A DNA stretch of 64,000 nt from positions 53-64,052 of the forward strand of contig JACPGJ010000007.1 in assembly GCA_016182555.1 (NCBI GenBank), given 5' to 3'. Below are positions 19,870 through 30,062 of this stretch, one piece after another. The position numbers and the translations under genes are program-made. Source of the stretch: Candidatus Kerfeldbacteria bacterium (GTDB taxonomy: Bacteria; Patescibacteriota; Patescibacteriia; UBA9570; XYC2-FULL-38-9). The notes below the pieces were generated by a model. It ran no database searches, was not told the DNA's origin, and saw nothing but the letters and a program-made list of their open reading frames with translations. The first letter of the stretch is position 1, and every line of letters starts with the position of its first letter.

Positions 19870-22161
19870 CTATTTCTTTTTCTTCTTCGTTGGTGTTTTT
19901 TTGGCTGGAGTAACCGTATCGGGGGCAATTGGCGTAGCCACCCCTTTCGCTCGATCCTGAAATTCCTTGGCTTTCTGCTTGGCAGCGGAATCGGCAACAA
20001 TGGGTATCTCAAAATGGAATGTCGTACCCTTACTTTCCCCCGGGGACTCGGCCCAAATCTTTCCACCATGACCTTCAACAATTTTCTTTGCAATAAACAG
20101 GCCCAAACCAGAGCCATTGGGATTCACGCGGGCAATTTCAGAGCCACGCACAAATTTGTTGAATAAATTTTTCGCCTCACCGTTGGCAATTCCCACACCC
20201 GTATCCGCAACACGCACATGAATTTTCTTGGAATTAGCCTCAGCGCTTATGGTCACCGACCCCTGTGGCGTGTATTTAATGGCATTGTCCACCAGGTTCA
20301 AAATAACATCTTTAATCTTATCTACATCAACTTCAGCTTCTGGGAGCGCCGTCTTCTTATAAATGAGTTTGACCTGTTTTTTATCCGCAGTGGGTTTCAG
20401 CTCCTTATACATCGCTTCAATGACTTGATCGAATGGCGCTGTAGTGAAATTCATCACAAAACGACCGGCCTCGATACGCGTGACGTTGAGGAAAGTGTTG
20501 ACGAGGCGAGAGAGTCGCTGAGATGCATCCAACACGTCTGAAATAACCGGCGTTTTTTCTTTATCCAAAACGCCGTAGTCCCCGTCTTTGATCATGGACA
20601 GATACCCAATAATGCCTGCCAGTGGTGTGCGCAGTTGATGCGACGCAATGGACATAAACTCAGACTTTGCTTGGTCGAGTTCTGTAAGTTTTTCGTTTGC
20701 GTGTTTTAATTCGGACGTTGCTCGCTCCACTTCACGTTCCAATTTGACGGTAAATTCTTTTGCTTCTTGGTAAAGGCGAGCTTTCTGGATACCCGAGGCC
20801 ATCTGAGGCGCGATGACTTCAAGTAGTTGAATATCATTGATTGAAAATGTATCTCCAGAACGTTTACGCGAAAGCACTAATATAGCGTCAAGTTTATCAC
20901 CAACGGCTATTGGAACAATCGCGTATGCTTTCATATTTTCGATATTGTCTCGGATTGTATCAAATTTTTTTCGCTCTTCTTTAGTTTTTGCATCTGCCAC
21001 TTTTCTATCCAATTCATCGAGAATAAGAATTTTCTTACTTTTTATTAAGTATTGAATGAGAATCGAATTATTATATATATCTATTTTATTTTTAGTATGT
21101 TGATCGGAATGATCAAGTTCTTCCGGTGAAATAAATGTATTGTTTCCTACAGGTAACAACAGTATTACATGCTCTAAGCGCAGTTGCTGCTCTAAAGCAA
21201 GAGAAAAATGTTCAATTAATTTGCCCAACTCTACTTCCTCATTAATAACATCCGTAAGATTTTTAGTAACTTGCGGATAATTAATTGCTGCTTTGAAAAA
21301 TATTTTGTTTGTGGCTTTTGCAATAAACCGTTTTATTGGATCAAGTAAGGTAACAATAATTAAAGAGGTGATAGCCAAGACTCCAATTTGACCAATACGC
21401 GAATTTTCAGAAAAATAGGTTGAACTAAGGAAAGTGATGAGTCCAAAAGTACTCATCACAATAGAAATTAATAAAGCATAAACCAGTGATCTAGTAAGCA
21501 CTGTTCGTATATCCATCAATCTATACCTAATAATGGCATACGAAGTAAAACCCAAAAATACAATTGTAGCCAAAGGGCCAATACCATTAAAACTTCTATC
21601 ATTAAAAAAGATTGGAAAAATTAAATTTGTTGTTGAAGCTATTATAACGGTTATTAAAAGACCTATAAAAAAATACTGTACTTGTCGTCTAATTAATCCT
21701 TGAAATTTAATATAACTTTTGATTAATTTAGCAAATCCCCAGAATATAAAAGTAAAAAAATATAGAGGAAATAATATTGTAATGAGCCATGATTCTATTC
21801 TTTCGCCCGATTCTGAAAAAGATACTGAAAATGGCCAAGTTGTTGTAAAAATTATTGCTACCGATGATAAAAAATAAAATAACCACTTTTTGTTTAATTG
21901 CCTTATTGGAAAATAATAAGAAAATAATACGAATAACGCAGGAAAAGCAAAGGGACCTGCAAAAACTAATTTATTAAAAAGTTTATAGTCTGGTGCAATT
22001 GTAAACATTGCAATACACATTGACCACAAGGACAAACTCGATCCAATAAGAAAAAAAGTAATATTAGTTGGATTTTTATAATTTTGTTTTAACACAAAAA
22101 ATCCCAATAAAAATAAACTTACGCTACTTAATAATTGTAAAATCTGATCAATTTTGAACAT
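19870..22161 (-). CDS. Sensor histidine kinase with N-terminal 7TM receptor domain and GAF-like middle domain
   Basis: Multi-TM N-terminus with YAIIRYRLMDIR motif. HisKA H-box SHQLRTPL. HATPase_c NLVDNAIKYT ... DTGVGI ... GSGLGL. Lys-rich C-terminal tail. No response regulator nearby. Confidence 0.85.
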   Translation of the reverse strand: MFKIDQILQLLSSVSLFLLGFFVLKQNYKNPTNITFFLIGSSLSLWSMCIAMFTIAPDYKLFNKLVFAGPFAFPALFVLFSYYFPIRQLNKKWLFYFLSSVAIIFTTTWPFSVSFSESGERIESWLITILFPLYFFTFIFWGFAKLIKSYIKFQGLIRRQVQYFFIGLLITVIIASTTNLIFPIFFNDRSFNGIGPLATIVFLGFTSYAIIRYRLMDIRTVLTRSLVYALLISIVMSTFGLITFLSSTYFSENSRIGQIGVLAITSLIIVTLLDPIKRFIAKATNKIFFKAAINYPQVTKNLTDVINEEVELGKLIEHFSLALEQQLRLEHVILLLPVGNNTFISPEELDHSDQHTKNKIDIYNNSILIQYLIKSKKILILDELDRKVADAKTKEERKKFDTIRDNIENMKAYAIVPIAVGDKLDAILVLSRKRSGDTFSINDIQLLEVIAPQMASGIQKARLYQEAKEFTVKLEREVERATSELKHANEKLTELDQAKSEFMSIASHQLRTPLAGIIGYLSMIKDGDYGVLDKEKTPVISDVLDASQRLSRLVNTFLNVTRIEAGRFVMNFTTAPFDQVIEAMYKELKPTADKKQVKLIYKKTALPEAEVDVDKIKDVILNLVDNAIKYTPQGSVTISAEANSKKIHVRVADTGVGIANGEAKNLFNKFVRGSEIARVNPNGSGLGLFIAKKIVEGHGGKIWAESPGESKGTTFHFEIPIVADSAAKQKAKEFQDRAKGVATPIAPDTVTPAKKTPTKKKKK

Positions 22162-22241
22162 AATATATTATTATTTTACATGAAACTCCTTTTGGCAGCA
22201 AAGGTGTTTATCCTTTGCTGCCAAAAATCTGCTGAATTCTA

Positions 22242-22952
22242 TCAAAATGGAAGAATGAAAAAAAACCTTCTCGGGTTACAAGGGTCCTCCCTAATTCTTC
22301 TAAACCCCATATATTTAAGATGCTTCACCAGCGTGTGTGCATCTATCAAAGTTCTACACATAACTCCGCTTTTCTGATTGCGATCTGCATTCTCTGCAGC
22401 CGCAATCAGAAAATTAACTGCTGGTAACCCCCTTACCGAAAAGAAAAAATCCAGATAACCCCTTTGATTAAGTTTATACTTAATCTTGTAACGCAATGCC
22501 AATGTTATAAGAATGCTCTCCCATCGGCTTCTGCGCAATCTAGGGTCCACTCCTATAAAATCAATATACCAATATTGATCCCCGTCAAAATTTTTATCAA
22601 ACCCCCATATCCAACCGACCAATGATCCCCCGACCGCAAAAGCAGCATACATCCAAAAGCCGGGAAACCCTTGTATGTGTAGAAGATACTCTCTAATTCT
22701 ATCACCTGACCAAAATTTAACCAATTCGGATTGACAGATAGGGCATCTACCTGGAATCCAGAACCGGGATTCCGATCTAATTCCTAGGCTCGGGTCAGTC
22801 GGAGGGGAACACTGATTACATACCCAATGATCCTCATTGAAAGGTGGTTTGCCATAAAAAGATTGAAAAAAACCTGCCAGTACGTTTGCGAAAATTTCTG
22901 GATTGAAAACCTGAGAATATACGATTGTTCTTCTCATTTTTTTCTCCTTCAA
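22242..22952 (-). CDS. Hypothetical protein with CxxC...CxxC zinc ribbon and possible GNAT-like core
   Basis: CNQC ... CPIC pairs. IDFIGVDPRLRRSRWESILITLAL is loosely GNAT-like. This is a weak call. Confidence 0.4.
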   Translation of the reverse strand: MKEKKMRRTIVYSQVFNPEIFANVLAGFFQSFYGKPPFNEDHWVCNQCSPPTDPSLGIRSESRFWIPGRCPICQSELVKFWSGDRIREYLLHIQGFPGFWMYAAFAVGGSLVGWIWGFDKNFDGDQYWYIDFIGVDPRLRRSRWESILITLALRYKIKYKLNQRGYLDFFFSVRGLPAVNFLIAAAENADRNQKSGVMCRTLIDAHTLVKHLKYMGFRRIREDPCNPRRFFFILPF

Positions 22953-23031
22953 AATTTCAAAGTCAGCATTGAAACCCCGAGGATATTATACACAAAAATA
23001 AGTACTAGTAATAGTGTGCGTAGGCAGAGAA

Positions 23032-24150
23032 TTATATTTTCATTTTGTCAAGCAGGCTGAGTAATTTTGATCTATTATACTCATCAAATGGTAACGATAA
23101 TTTTATACTATGATTATTCGCACTAGGGTATGTAATCTTATAACTTGATAAAGGCTCAGCTAAAATCCCATATTTCATAAAATACTGAAACAAATTTTTT
23201 TCTTTAAGATGATCATGTATCACAATTAATGGAACTGCATCATGTGTATTATACCAATATAAACCTATCGCACTTAATTTCGTATAAATTTTTTCTTTAT
23301 ACTTTTTTACATCCCTTCTAACGTCATTTAAACGAAAAAAAACATTATTTGCACATAACGCAACATTTGTAGAATATAAAGAGGGTTCAAATGGGGGGAA
23401 AATATTTTTTATATATGGGGCTATATTATTTGAAAAAATGCCATAGCCTACTCGAAATGAAGCCAAACCGAATCCTTTAGAAAAAGATCTAATCACCGCT
23501 ATATTATTATATTGTTTTATGAGATGTATGATTGATTCTGAATCATCTATAAAATCCCCAAATGCTTCATCAATGAATAATAAAATATTTCTTTTGTGAC
23601 AAAGAATAGCTAGTTTGTGAATATCTTTTATAGGCATCACCCAACCAGTAGGATTATTGGGTCTATCAATATATATTACAGTTGGATTTAAAAAATCAAC
23701 TTTTTTAATAACACTATCAACTATATTAGAAAAATTATTAAATCGGGAAATAAATACTAATTTTCCACCGGCAGATTGAAATTCTGAAGGTATTTCATTA
23801 AACTGCGGTCCTACTCCTAATAATAATCCTGGAGTAAGCAGCTTATGTATAATTCTTTCTGCAATATTGAAGGATCCATGTCCTAAAAAAATATTATCTT
23901 CTAACTCATCTACATTAAATCTTTGTATTATGGAATTTTTTAGATCATTATAAATTTTTATATCTGGATACTTATTTGGATGAAAATTATTTTTTAAAAT
24001 TACAAAAGCTTTATCAATACAATCAAAAAAAATTTCTGGCCCCGAACTCATTCGACAATCCAAATAATTTAAATTATACGAATAATTACTAGCATAAGAG
24101 TCTCTCTTATAATCACAAATAGATTCTTTAATGAAATTATTAGGTTTCAC
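23032..24150 (-). CDS. PLP-dependent aminotransferase, class I/II (HisC / CobD-like)
   Basis: YIDRPNNPTG and RSFSKGFGLASFRVGY motifs. Strongly AT-rich gene. Confidence 0.75.
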   Translation of the reverse strand: MKPNNFIKESICDYKRDSYASNYSYNLNYLDCRMSSGPEIFFDCIDKAFVILKNNFHPNKYPDIKIYNDLKNSIIQRFNVDELEDNIFLGHGSFNIAERIIHKLLTPGLLLGVGPQFNEIPSEFQSAGGKLVFISRFNNFSNIVDSVIKKVDFLNPTVIYIDRPNNPTGWVMPIKDIHKLAILCHKRNILLFIDEAFGDFIDDSESIIHLIKQYNNIAVIRSFSKGFGLASFRVGYGIFSNNIAPYIKNIFPPFEPSLYSTNVALCANNVFFRLNDVRRDVKKYKEKIYTKLSAIGLYWYNTHDAVPLIVIHDHLKEKNLFQYFMKYGILAEPLSSYKITYPSANNHSIKLSLPFDEYNRSKLLSLLDKMKI

Positions 24151-24217
24151 TGTTCTGTAAAAAAATAAACCCCAATTTCTTATACATTAAAAGAAACGTA
24201 TTTGCAATATCAATAGA

Positions 24218-25039
24218 TTATTTATTTTTTATCTCAACTATACGGTCAAAATGTAAAATAGCAATACACATTAAAAAATAAGCAGATAAATAAAGCATAT
24301 CCCCAAACCCATGCGCTATCCATGCTCCGCGATTAACCTGAAAAAGAAAATTAAAATCGGCAAAATATTGGACAACGAGAGCAACAAGAAACAACTGTAA
24401 TTGGGCAAAAACAGCCGAATCTTTAATATTTTTGGAAAAAATCCACAATATCAATGCTAAACCAACGTATGTCGCTTGGCCGAGTGGGTATCCGAGGTCA
24501 AAAAATAATTTGAATGGATGAGCTAAGTCGATATGATAACCGTGTAAAAAAAATCGATATGACAATACATACATCACCAATAACACCGTCCCCATTTGAA
24601 ACTTTTCCACAGGCGTTTTCATGACATCTACAATCCCTGAGCCACGCATCAACTGCATCACCCCATAAATATAAAACGGAATACTTCCGAAATAGCCAAT
24701 ATCGGGCAATGAAGGATATGGCACAGGAATATGCCAAACAATAATATACACACTAAAAAGAGTCTGGCCCAAATTTTGTAATAGCAACCCAACACTAAAT
24801 GCAAAAACAGCTCTTCGTAATAAATGATTCTCTCCTTTCCATGAATATACGATATTCAAACCGCATACACCGCCAAATAAGGCAACCAATTGATAGAATA
24901 CGCCCCAAACCATTTCACTTCGAGGTATGGTAAAAAATGGTGGGAATAACCACCAGATAAAAAAAATCATAAATAGCCCAAAGGCAACACGTGCAGAGCG
25001 ATCTTTTTTTATGAGTGCTATGATAGTATAGAGAATCAT
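24218..25039 (-). CDS. Polytopic membrane protein
   Basis: Multiple hydrophobic helices. Start re-set to ATG 25039 (MILYTIIAL), 2 nt from the upstream stop; the ORF-track start 25138 overlaps the upstream gene by 98 nt. Confidence 0.5.
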   Translation of the reverse strand: MILYTIIALIKKDRSARVAFGLFMIFFIWWLFPPFFTIPRSEMVWGVFYQLVALFGGVCGLNIVYSWKGENHLLRRAVFAFSVGLLLQNLGQTLFSVYIIVWHIPVPYPSLPDIGYFGSIPFYIYGVMQLMRGSGIVDVMKTPVEKFQMGTVLLVMYVLSYRFFLHGYHIDLAHPFKLFFDLGYPLGQATYVGLALILWIFSKNIKDSAVFAQLQLFLVALVVQYFADFNFLFQVNRGAWIAHGFGDMLYLSAYFLMCIAILHFDRIVEIKNK

Positions 25040-25040
25040 A

Positions 25041-26450
25041 TTATGAAGTATGATTTTTTTGTTGCAAAAATACTTTTGTGCCTTCAATCGTTTTTTGCCA
25101 ATAGAGCAAATGCGGTAAATTATGCTGAATGGAGTCATGAAACTCTTTCAAGCCGCGAATATCTCGGCGAGTGAATTGTTTATGGTTTTTATGTTGCCCA
25201 ATGAATACGAGCACCAACAAACGCGACTGCTTCATCACCACCATACAAATCTCTGCTTTCTTTTTCTTCATCAACCTCTGCACAGACGGTGCCATATTTC
25301 GTTCTTGTAACTCATCAAGGAACAGATACCCGCGACGGAGCGCGATGAGTTCTGCAATCACCGGTTCATCAAAAGCCACATACCATTTTGAGTGCGTGGG
25401 GAAAAAACTCTTCAACCGATGCATGTGCTCTTGCTGTACCAAGATCTCTTCCACCGGAGCCTGAATCACCTCTTGAATTGACCCCGCCAATTTAATAATA
25501 AACGATTCCAGCTCATGTGTAGAGTTCAACACGAGATTGGATTCGTGGATGAGCTTAAAAAAATCGATCTCTTCGCGGAAGAAAATGCCATCGAGAAAAT
25601 GTTTTATACGTACCTTCCCCCGTTCGAACAACCACAAAAATAACAACATAGCTACAATTAACCAAATAAATGGATGAATGTGCGCTTCCGATTCTACAAC
25701 GCGATAGACAGAAAAAATACTAACAATATAGAGCGAAGCGAATATAAACAACAAACCACCATAGACAATCGATTTTTTGAAAACAATCCGTACATCCAAA
25801 AATCTATAGCGAGTCATTGCGTATGCGGAACAGGATACAATCCCTAGTGTGGAGAGCATGGTTAATGGGAAAAATTTACGTGTGTGCAATATATCTACAG
25901 CATATAAATTGGTAAAAATCAGTGTACCAAAAGTAATCAGAAACCCATACAGAATAAATTGCGTTTGAGTACGTTTAACAACGTCATTGACTCGCAAATT
26001 TTTAAATAATAATACGCAAGAGCCGAAAATAGCTCCAAGACAATATACAGCAAAAATAATCATTCCCCACCCAGGCATAGGCATAATAATGCCATTAATC
26101 ATTTCTGAATGAGTAAATTGAAATGGTGAAAGTGCAAGTACTGCATTTACTATTGCAAAGGTGGTAAGAAAACGAAATACTCTTTTTGATAGTTTTTCAA
26201 AAACAAAAGAGTACACAAAGAGAAATGTGTACAATAAAAATAACACGATAATAAACATAGTAAGACGAACCAAAAATATATGGTAGTGCAGCAGACTGAT
26301 ATAAAAAACCAGCACCCACAATGCCAAAAAACCACTCATCAACGCAAAATAACGATTCGCCAGCTTCTCGCGGTTAAATTTCCAAGCGTATATCGCAAGC
26401 GTCGAACACCCAATGCAACTAATAATTGTGGCAATCAATAGAATATTCAT
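25041..26450 (-). CDS. 7TM receptor + GAF-like protein, paralog of the histidine-kinase sensor region but lacking HisKA/HATPase
   Basis: YAMTRYRFLDVRIVFKKSIVYGGLLFIFASLYIVSIF aligns to HK YAIIRYRLMDIRTVLTRSLVYALLISIVMSTFGLITF. C-terminus is GAF-like. No kinase motifs. Confidence 0.6.
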   Translation of the reverse strand: MNILLIATIISCIGCSTLAIYAWKFNREKLANRYFALMSGFLALWVLVFYISLLHYHIFLVRLTMFIIVLFLLYTFLFVYSFVFEKLSKRVFRFLTTFAIVNAVLALSPFQFTHSEMINGIIMPMPGWGMIIFAVYCLGAIFGSCVLLFKNLRVNDVVKRTQTQFILYGFLITFGTLIFTNLYAVDILHTRKFFPLTMLSTLGIVSCSAYAMTRYRFLDVRIVFKKSIVYGGLLFIFASLYIVSIFSVYRVVESEAHIHPFIWLIVAMLLFLWLFERGKVRIKHFLDGIFFREEIDFFKLIHESNLVLNSTHELESFIIKLAGSIQEVIQAPVEEILVQQEHMHRLKSFFPTHSKWYVAFDEPVIAELIALRRGYLFLDELQERNMAPSVQRLMKKKKAEICMVVMKQSRLLVLVFIGQHKNHKQFTRRDIRGLKEFHDSIQHNLPHLLYWQKTIEGTKVFLQQKNHTS

Positions 26451-26746
26451 AAATTCATTGTATCATACACCCTCTAAACGATCATTCGAGCCCTACTGCT
26501 TAGGGACGGGCCGAGGTGGAACCCCCACCCAACTCGGCCCGCGACGTCCCCTGTGCATATTCAGTTGTATATCCATACAACACCCCATCCGTGGGGCTGT
26601 CAAATAGCAAAAATTGGCGAAATACAGCCGTCAAACGGTCGCCAAAATACTTTAGCTCTATCCTTAGCCAAAAATACAAAAAAATACGTTATCCACAGAC
26701 GGCTCTTCATCAAACCAAATTCACAAAAAAGCCTAAGAAAACGCTA

Positions 26747-27556
26747 CTATTCACCAAACACAAACCCTTTCTGCCGAGATTCCACAGAGGCATAATCATC
26801 ATTAAAATGCGCAATGACTGTATACTGATATCGCTCTCCAGCGCGCAGCCCACCAACTTCTACCGCAGACCGGCGCACACGACGCAAGGTTTTCACCACG
26901 CGTTCACCGGACGCATCATAAATATTCACGGTATAATACCGAATTTTCCCAGCGGGTTTGCGCCAATCCAATTGCGCTACATACTTTCCGCCATCTGCGT
27001 CACCACGCCCAATCGGTTCATTGCTAAAAATATCATGCCGCACTTGATATTCATCACTCATAGCCACCAACAAACGCGGAACTGGAGGAATCGTTCGCCC
27101 CACAAGCTCCACCACATCTGAAAGAACACCATCACGTTCTGCAACCAGACGAATCGTATATCCCATGTTCTCATCTAACTCGTCAATCACTGCCGACTGC
27201 GCGAGCGTCGTCACACTCGTCACCAACACGCCACTTTTTTTCTCAAATACCTGCAACGTATAGCTCGTTTGCGAAACCCCACTGGTCATATACCGTACAT
27301 CAGAATACCATTCCACTTGCAGCGATGTTGGCGAAGGAGAAACCACATATTTTGGCTCTGGTGCAGCAACAGCTTCCACATTCTGGCCAGTGACATCTGG
27401 TATACCATACGTCACCGACGATGAACCAAGCTCCGGAATACCATAATTCGCTGCCTGCACCGGTGCCCCAGAAACACAAAATACGAAAATACTCACGATA
27501 GCTGCGCTACAGCCGAGTATAGCCACCAAGAATCGATTTGTATTGATAGATTTCAT
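26747..27556 (-). CDS. Hypothetical secreted protein (269 aa)
   Basis: N-terminal signal peptide MKSINTNRFLVAILGCSAAIVSIFVF. No recognised catalytic motif. Confidence 0.5.
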   Translation of the reverse strand: MKSINTNRFLVAILGCSAAIVSIFVFCVSGAPVQAANYGIPELGSSSVTYGIPDVTGQNVEAVAAPEPKYVVSPSPTSLQVEWYSDVRYMTSGVSQTSYTLQVFEKKSGVLVTSVTTLAQSAVIDELDENMGYTIRLVAERDGVLSDVVELVGRTIPPVPRLLVAMSDEYQVRHDIFSNEPIGRGDADGGKYVAQLDWRKPAGKIRYYTVNIYDASGERVVKTLRRVRRSAVEVGGLRAGERYQYTVIAHFNDDYASVESRQKGFVFGE

Positions 27557-27680
27557 ATATTCCTCCGTATATCATTATATTATCATAGAAACAATATAAT
27601 ATACAGCAAAAATGCCCTTTTGTCAATGCTTCCACTTGTGCACAATTGAATCAAATTTTTTGGCTAATATTAGCCTAAAT

Positions 27681-27905
27681 TTATTTCCAATGTTGCCAAT
27701 CAAACCGCGTAATAGATTTTTGAAAAACTGCTGGGTCAAACGACCCGCCCAATAGAACATACATTTTTGACGAAACAAACCCAACCACTGCAAAGAGAAT
27801 CAATACCAATATAGTAAGTCGTATGCGCGTTGCTCGCTCTTTGCGCTGTAATGCGGTGGTGGAATTCCGCTCAGCGCCCGCTGCCATTTTTTTTTGCTCG
27901 TTCAT
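27681..27905 (-). CDS. Small membrane protein (74 aa)
   Basis: Single TM helix ILVLILFAVVGFV. ORF only. Confidence 0.3.
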   Translation of the reverse strand: MNEQKKMAAGAERNSTTALQRKERATRIRLTILVLILFAVVGFVSSKMYVLLGGSFDPAVFQKSITRFDWQHWK

Positions 27906-28101
27906 GATATACTAAGCCAATATCTATAGATTGAGTGTAACACAATGTACCGACCCAAGCGAAAAAATATTTTCGTGGAGCGCCGGCAGCGGTGACGAAT
28001 CCAGTACCGGCACACTTTCTCTCACACGAATTCAGTAATTATCCACATGCACTAAAATTTGACAGAGAACAGGAAAAGATGTATTGTCTATTTATAATAC
28101 T

Positions 28102-28653
28102 TCAAAGAGGATTCACCCCGCGGTGCGTCCTCTTTATTTTATACTCAAGTTTTCGTTTCAAATGATTGATATCTGTAAAATGTGCTCCGACAAGCTGCTT
28201 AATATTTCTAGCCGTTTTCTGTGTGTTGGCAATAACCCGCACCGTTCTATTTTTTTCCAGGAGATACTCCAGCAGAATACAAAAATCTCCATCACCACTC
28301 ATCAGAATCATTCCGCTATATTGCCCTAACGTTCTCATAGCATAAAATGTCAAATCAACATCGCAATTTGCTTTTCTTCTCACCTGACCATTGCTCTGCT
28401 TGTGGTAAATAACTGGTTTCAATACGGTGATATACCCCATTTCATCGAGCTTTGTATAAAATTTTTGTTGCTTAATATTTTTTTCGTCTAAGCCACCGAA
28501 ATAAAAAATTTTCTCTACCTGGTATCTTTCTTGTAAATACTGATACAGTTTTTCAAAATCGAGCTTCCAGTCTTCACCATCTCGTGTGACTGTGCCATAA
28601 ATGATATTTGATGCGTCAATAAATGCGTAAATCGGTCTGTGATTATTATTCAT
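28102..28653 (-). CDS. NYN-domain (LabA-like) putative RNase
   Basis: AFIDASNI ... CDVD ... SGDGDF acidic catalytic residues typical of NYN/LabA. Confidence 0.7.
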   Translation of the reverse strand: MNNNHRPIYAFIDASNIIYGTVTRDGEDWKLDFEKLYQYLQERYQVEKIFYFGGLDEKNIKQQKFYTKLDEMGYITVLKPVIYHKQSNGQVRRKANCDVDLTFYAMRTLGQYSGMILMSGDGDFCILLEYLLEKNRTVRVIANTQKTARNIKQLVGAHFTDINHLKRKLEYKIKRTHRGVNPL

Positions 28654-28758
28654 ATATTTGAACTACCGCGGAGGGAGAATGTGGCCCACCCAAACGCAAA
28701 CCATTCTCTCGCCCCACGGCAGCAGACGATGCATTCATCTGCCACCACTACGCCCGAC

Positions 28759-29166
28759 TTACGCAACCGTCACTTCTTCTTCCAAGAACGGAATGGTTTC
28801 TAGCTCTTCCGCATCCATTTCATTCTTCGCTTTCTTCACCACCAACACACGGTCGATGGAACGCACCACCACCTCGGTGAGGTATTTTTTTGTTCCGTCT
28901 TCCCCAACCCAGCTCCGAGAATGCAGTTTGCCTTCCAGCACCACTTGGTCGCCTTTCTTGCAATGCTCTTCCACAAAGACCGCAGAGTTCGTCCATGCGA
29001 CGCATTTATGGTAGTCCACGCCTTTATTCCACTCTCCATCCTTGCCTTTCCAGGAAAAATTAGTGGCGATACTAAACGTTGCCTTTTTCTGCCCCGACGG
29101 CAAAATTTTTGCTTCCGGATCAGCCGTAAGTTGGCCAATCATCGTGACACGATTCAAATTGCGCAT
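28759..29166 (-). CDS. ssb: Single-stranded DNA-binding protein
   Basis: NRVTMIGQLTADPE ... FSIATNFSW.GKDGEW ... HKCVAW OB-fold pattern. Acidic tail with IPF. Confidence 0.85.
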   Translation of the reverse strand: MRNLNRVTMIGQLTADPEAKILPSGQKKATFSIATNFSWKGKDGEWNKGVDYHKCVAWTNSAVFVEEHCKKGDQVVLEGKLHSRSWVGEDGTKKYLTEVVVRSIDRVLVVKKAKNEMDAEELETIPFLEEEVTVA

Positions 29167-29440
29167 AATGATTATGCTTAAGAATTAAATCAGGGCGCGG
29201 CGCCTAGTTACGGAGGAGGGTACCAAGCGCACACGACACCCGTGAGCCACACACGCAGCTCACCACGAGAAGGTTCTTCAATTTAAGAATAAAGTAGAGT
29301 TGTTGGACACCCCTCTCCTTTCAAAACAAGCTCAATATAGAACCTTCCCGATGGTAAATTGTCAACAGCTTTTTTTAGACGGCGGTAAAATAACCAAATT
29401 TATTTCTCAATAAATAGAGGTATTTTATGCCTATTGAACG

Positions 29441-29489
29441 CTGTTAAAAAAATAGAGACGTCGCCAAAAAATTGGGGACGTCTCTATTT
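29441..29489 (-). terminator. Perfect 13-bp hairpin (AAATAGAGACGTC / GACGTCTCTATTT) with an A-run on the plus side, giving a U-run on the minus strand. Terminator-like with no annotated gene to terminate.
   Basis: Inverted repeat and flanking homopolymer seen directly. Confidence 0.4.
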
Positions 29490-29625
29490 CCGCCTATGAG
29501 TATATACCAACAGAAAACTCTGTCAAACACGATAAGTGGCATCGTCTGTGGATATCTCTATTATTCTGTTTATTGAGTTGAACTGGATTTGATTTTTCCA
29601 TTCATATAGTATATACTCAATTTAT

Positions 29626-29877
29626 ATGAATAATGAGAAGAAAAATTTAGAATATGCCAATCAAGAAGCGTTGCTTGCCCAACCGATGAGCAGCGTTCCA
29701 AAATTTGCAACAAACGTTAATTTCAATAAATTAACGAATGGCAGTATCATTATCTCCTTCTTTACTCAAGCATTTCCAGATGCTCCAGCTGTACTGATTG
29801 AAACCATCATTGTTGATGAACAGCACGCGAAAGACATTGTAAAAATTTTACAAGAAGTTATTGATAAAAAAATATGA
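29626..29877 (+). CDS. Small hypothetical protein (83 aa), first of three coupled small ORFs; possibly DUF3467-like
   Basis: EYANQ ... F.TQAF pattern is weak. ATGA overlap with the next ORF. Confidence 0.4.
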   Translation: MNNEKKNLEYANQEALLAQPMSSVPKFATNVNFNKLTNGSIIISFFTQAFPDAPAVLIETIIVDEQHAKDIVKILQEVIDKKI

Positions 29878-30062
29878 ACACAACACCTATCGTGATTGAA
29901 CAATCATATCGTGCTACCTCTTCTGTAAAATCAAGTTATTCCGCTGGTACGTTGAAAAACAACCATAAGAATAGTATAAAAGAGGCGCTTCAACATGGTA
30001 TTTCGCTGTTGAGAAATGCAAGGAAAAAATCCCATGCGACACACAAGGAGTTGTTTAGATAA
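29874..30062 (+). CDS. Small hypothetical protein (62 aa)
   Basis: Translationally coupled on both sides. Confidence 0.35.
   Translation: MNTTPIVIEQSYRATSSVKSSYSAGTLKNNHKNSIKEALQHGISLLRNARKKSHATHKELFR

Noticed and set aside
26451-26746. Considered RNase P RNA, SRP RNA or 6S RNA for the structured intergenic region
   Set aside because: None of the conserved motifs I know (RNase P P4 GGAAAGUCCGG / ACAGAAnCCGGCUUA, SRP domain-IV GGAA tetraloop context) are visible. Kept only as a low-interest generic hairpin.
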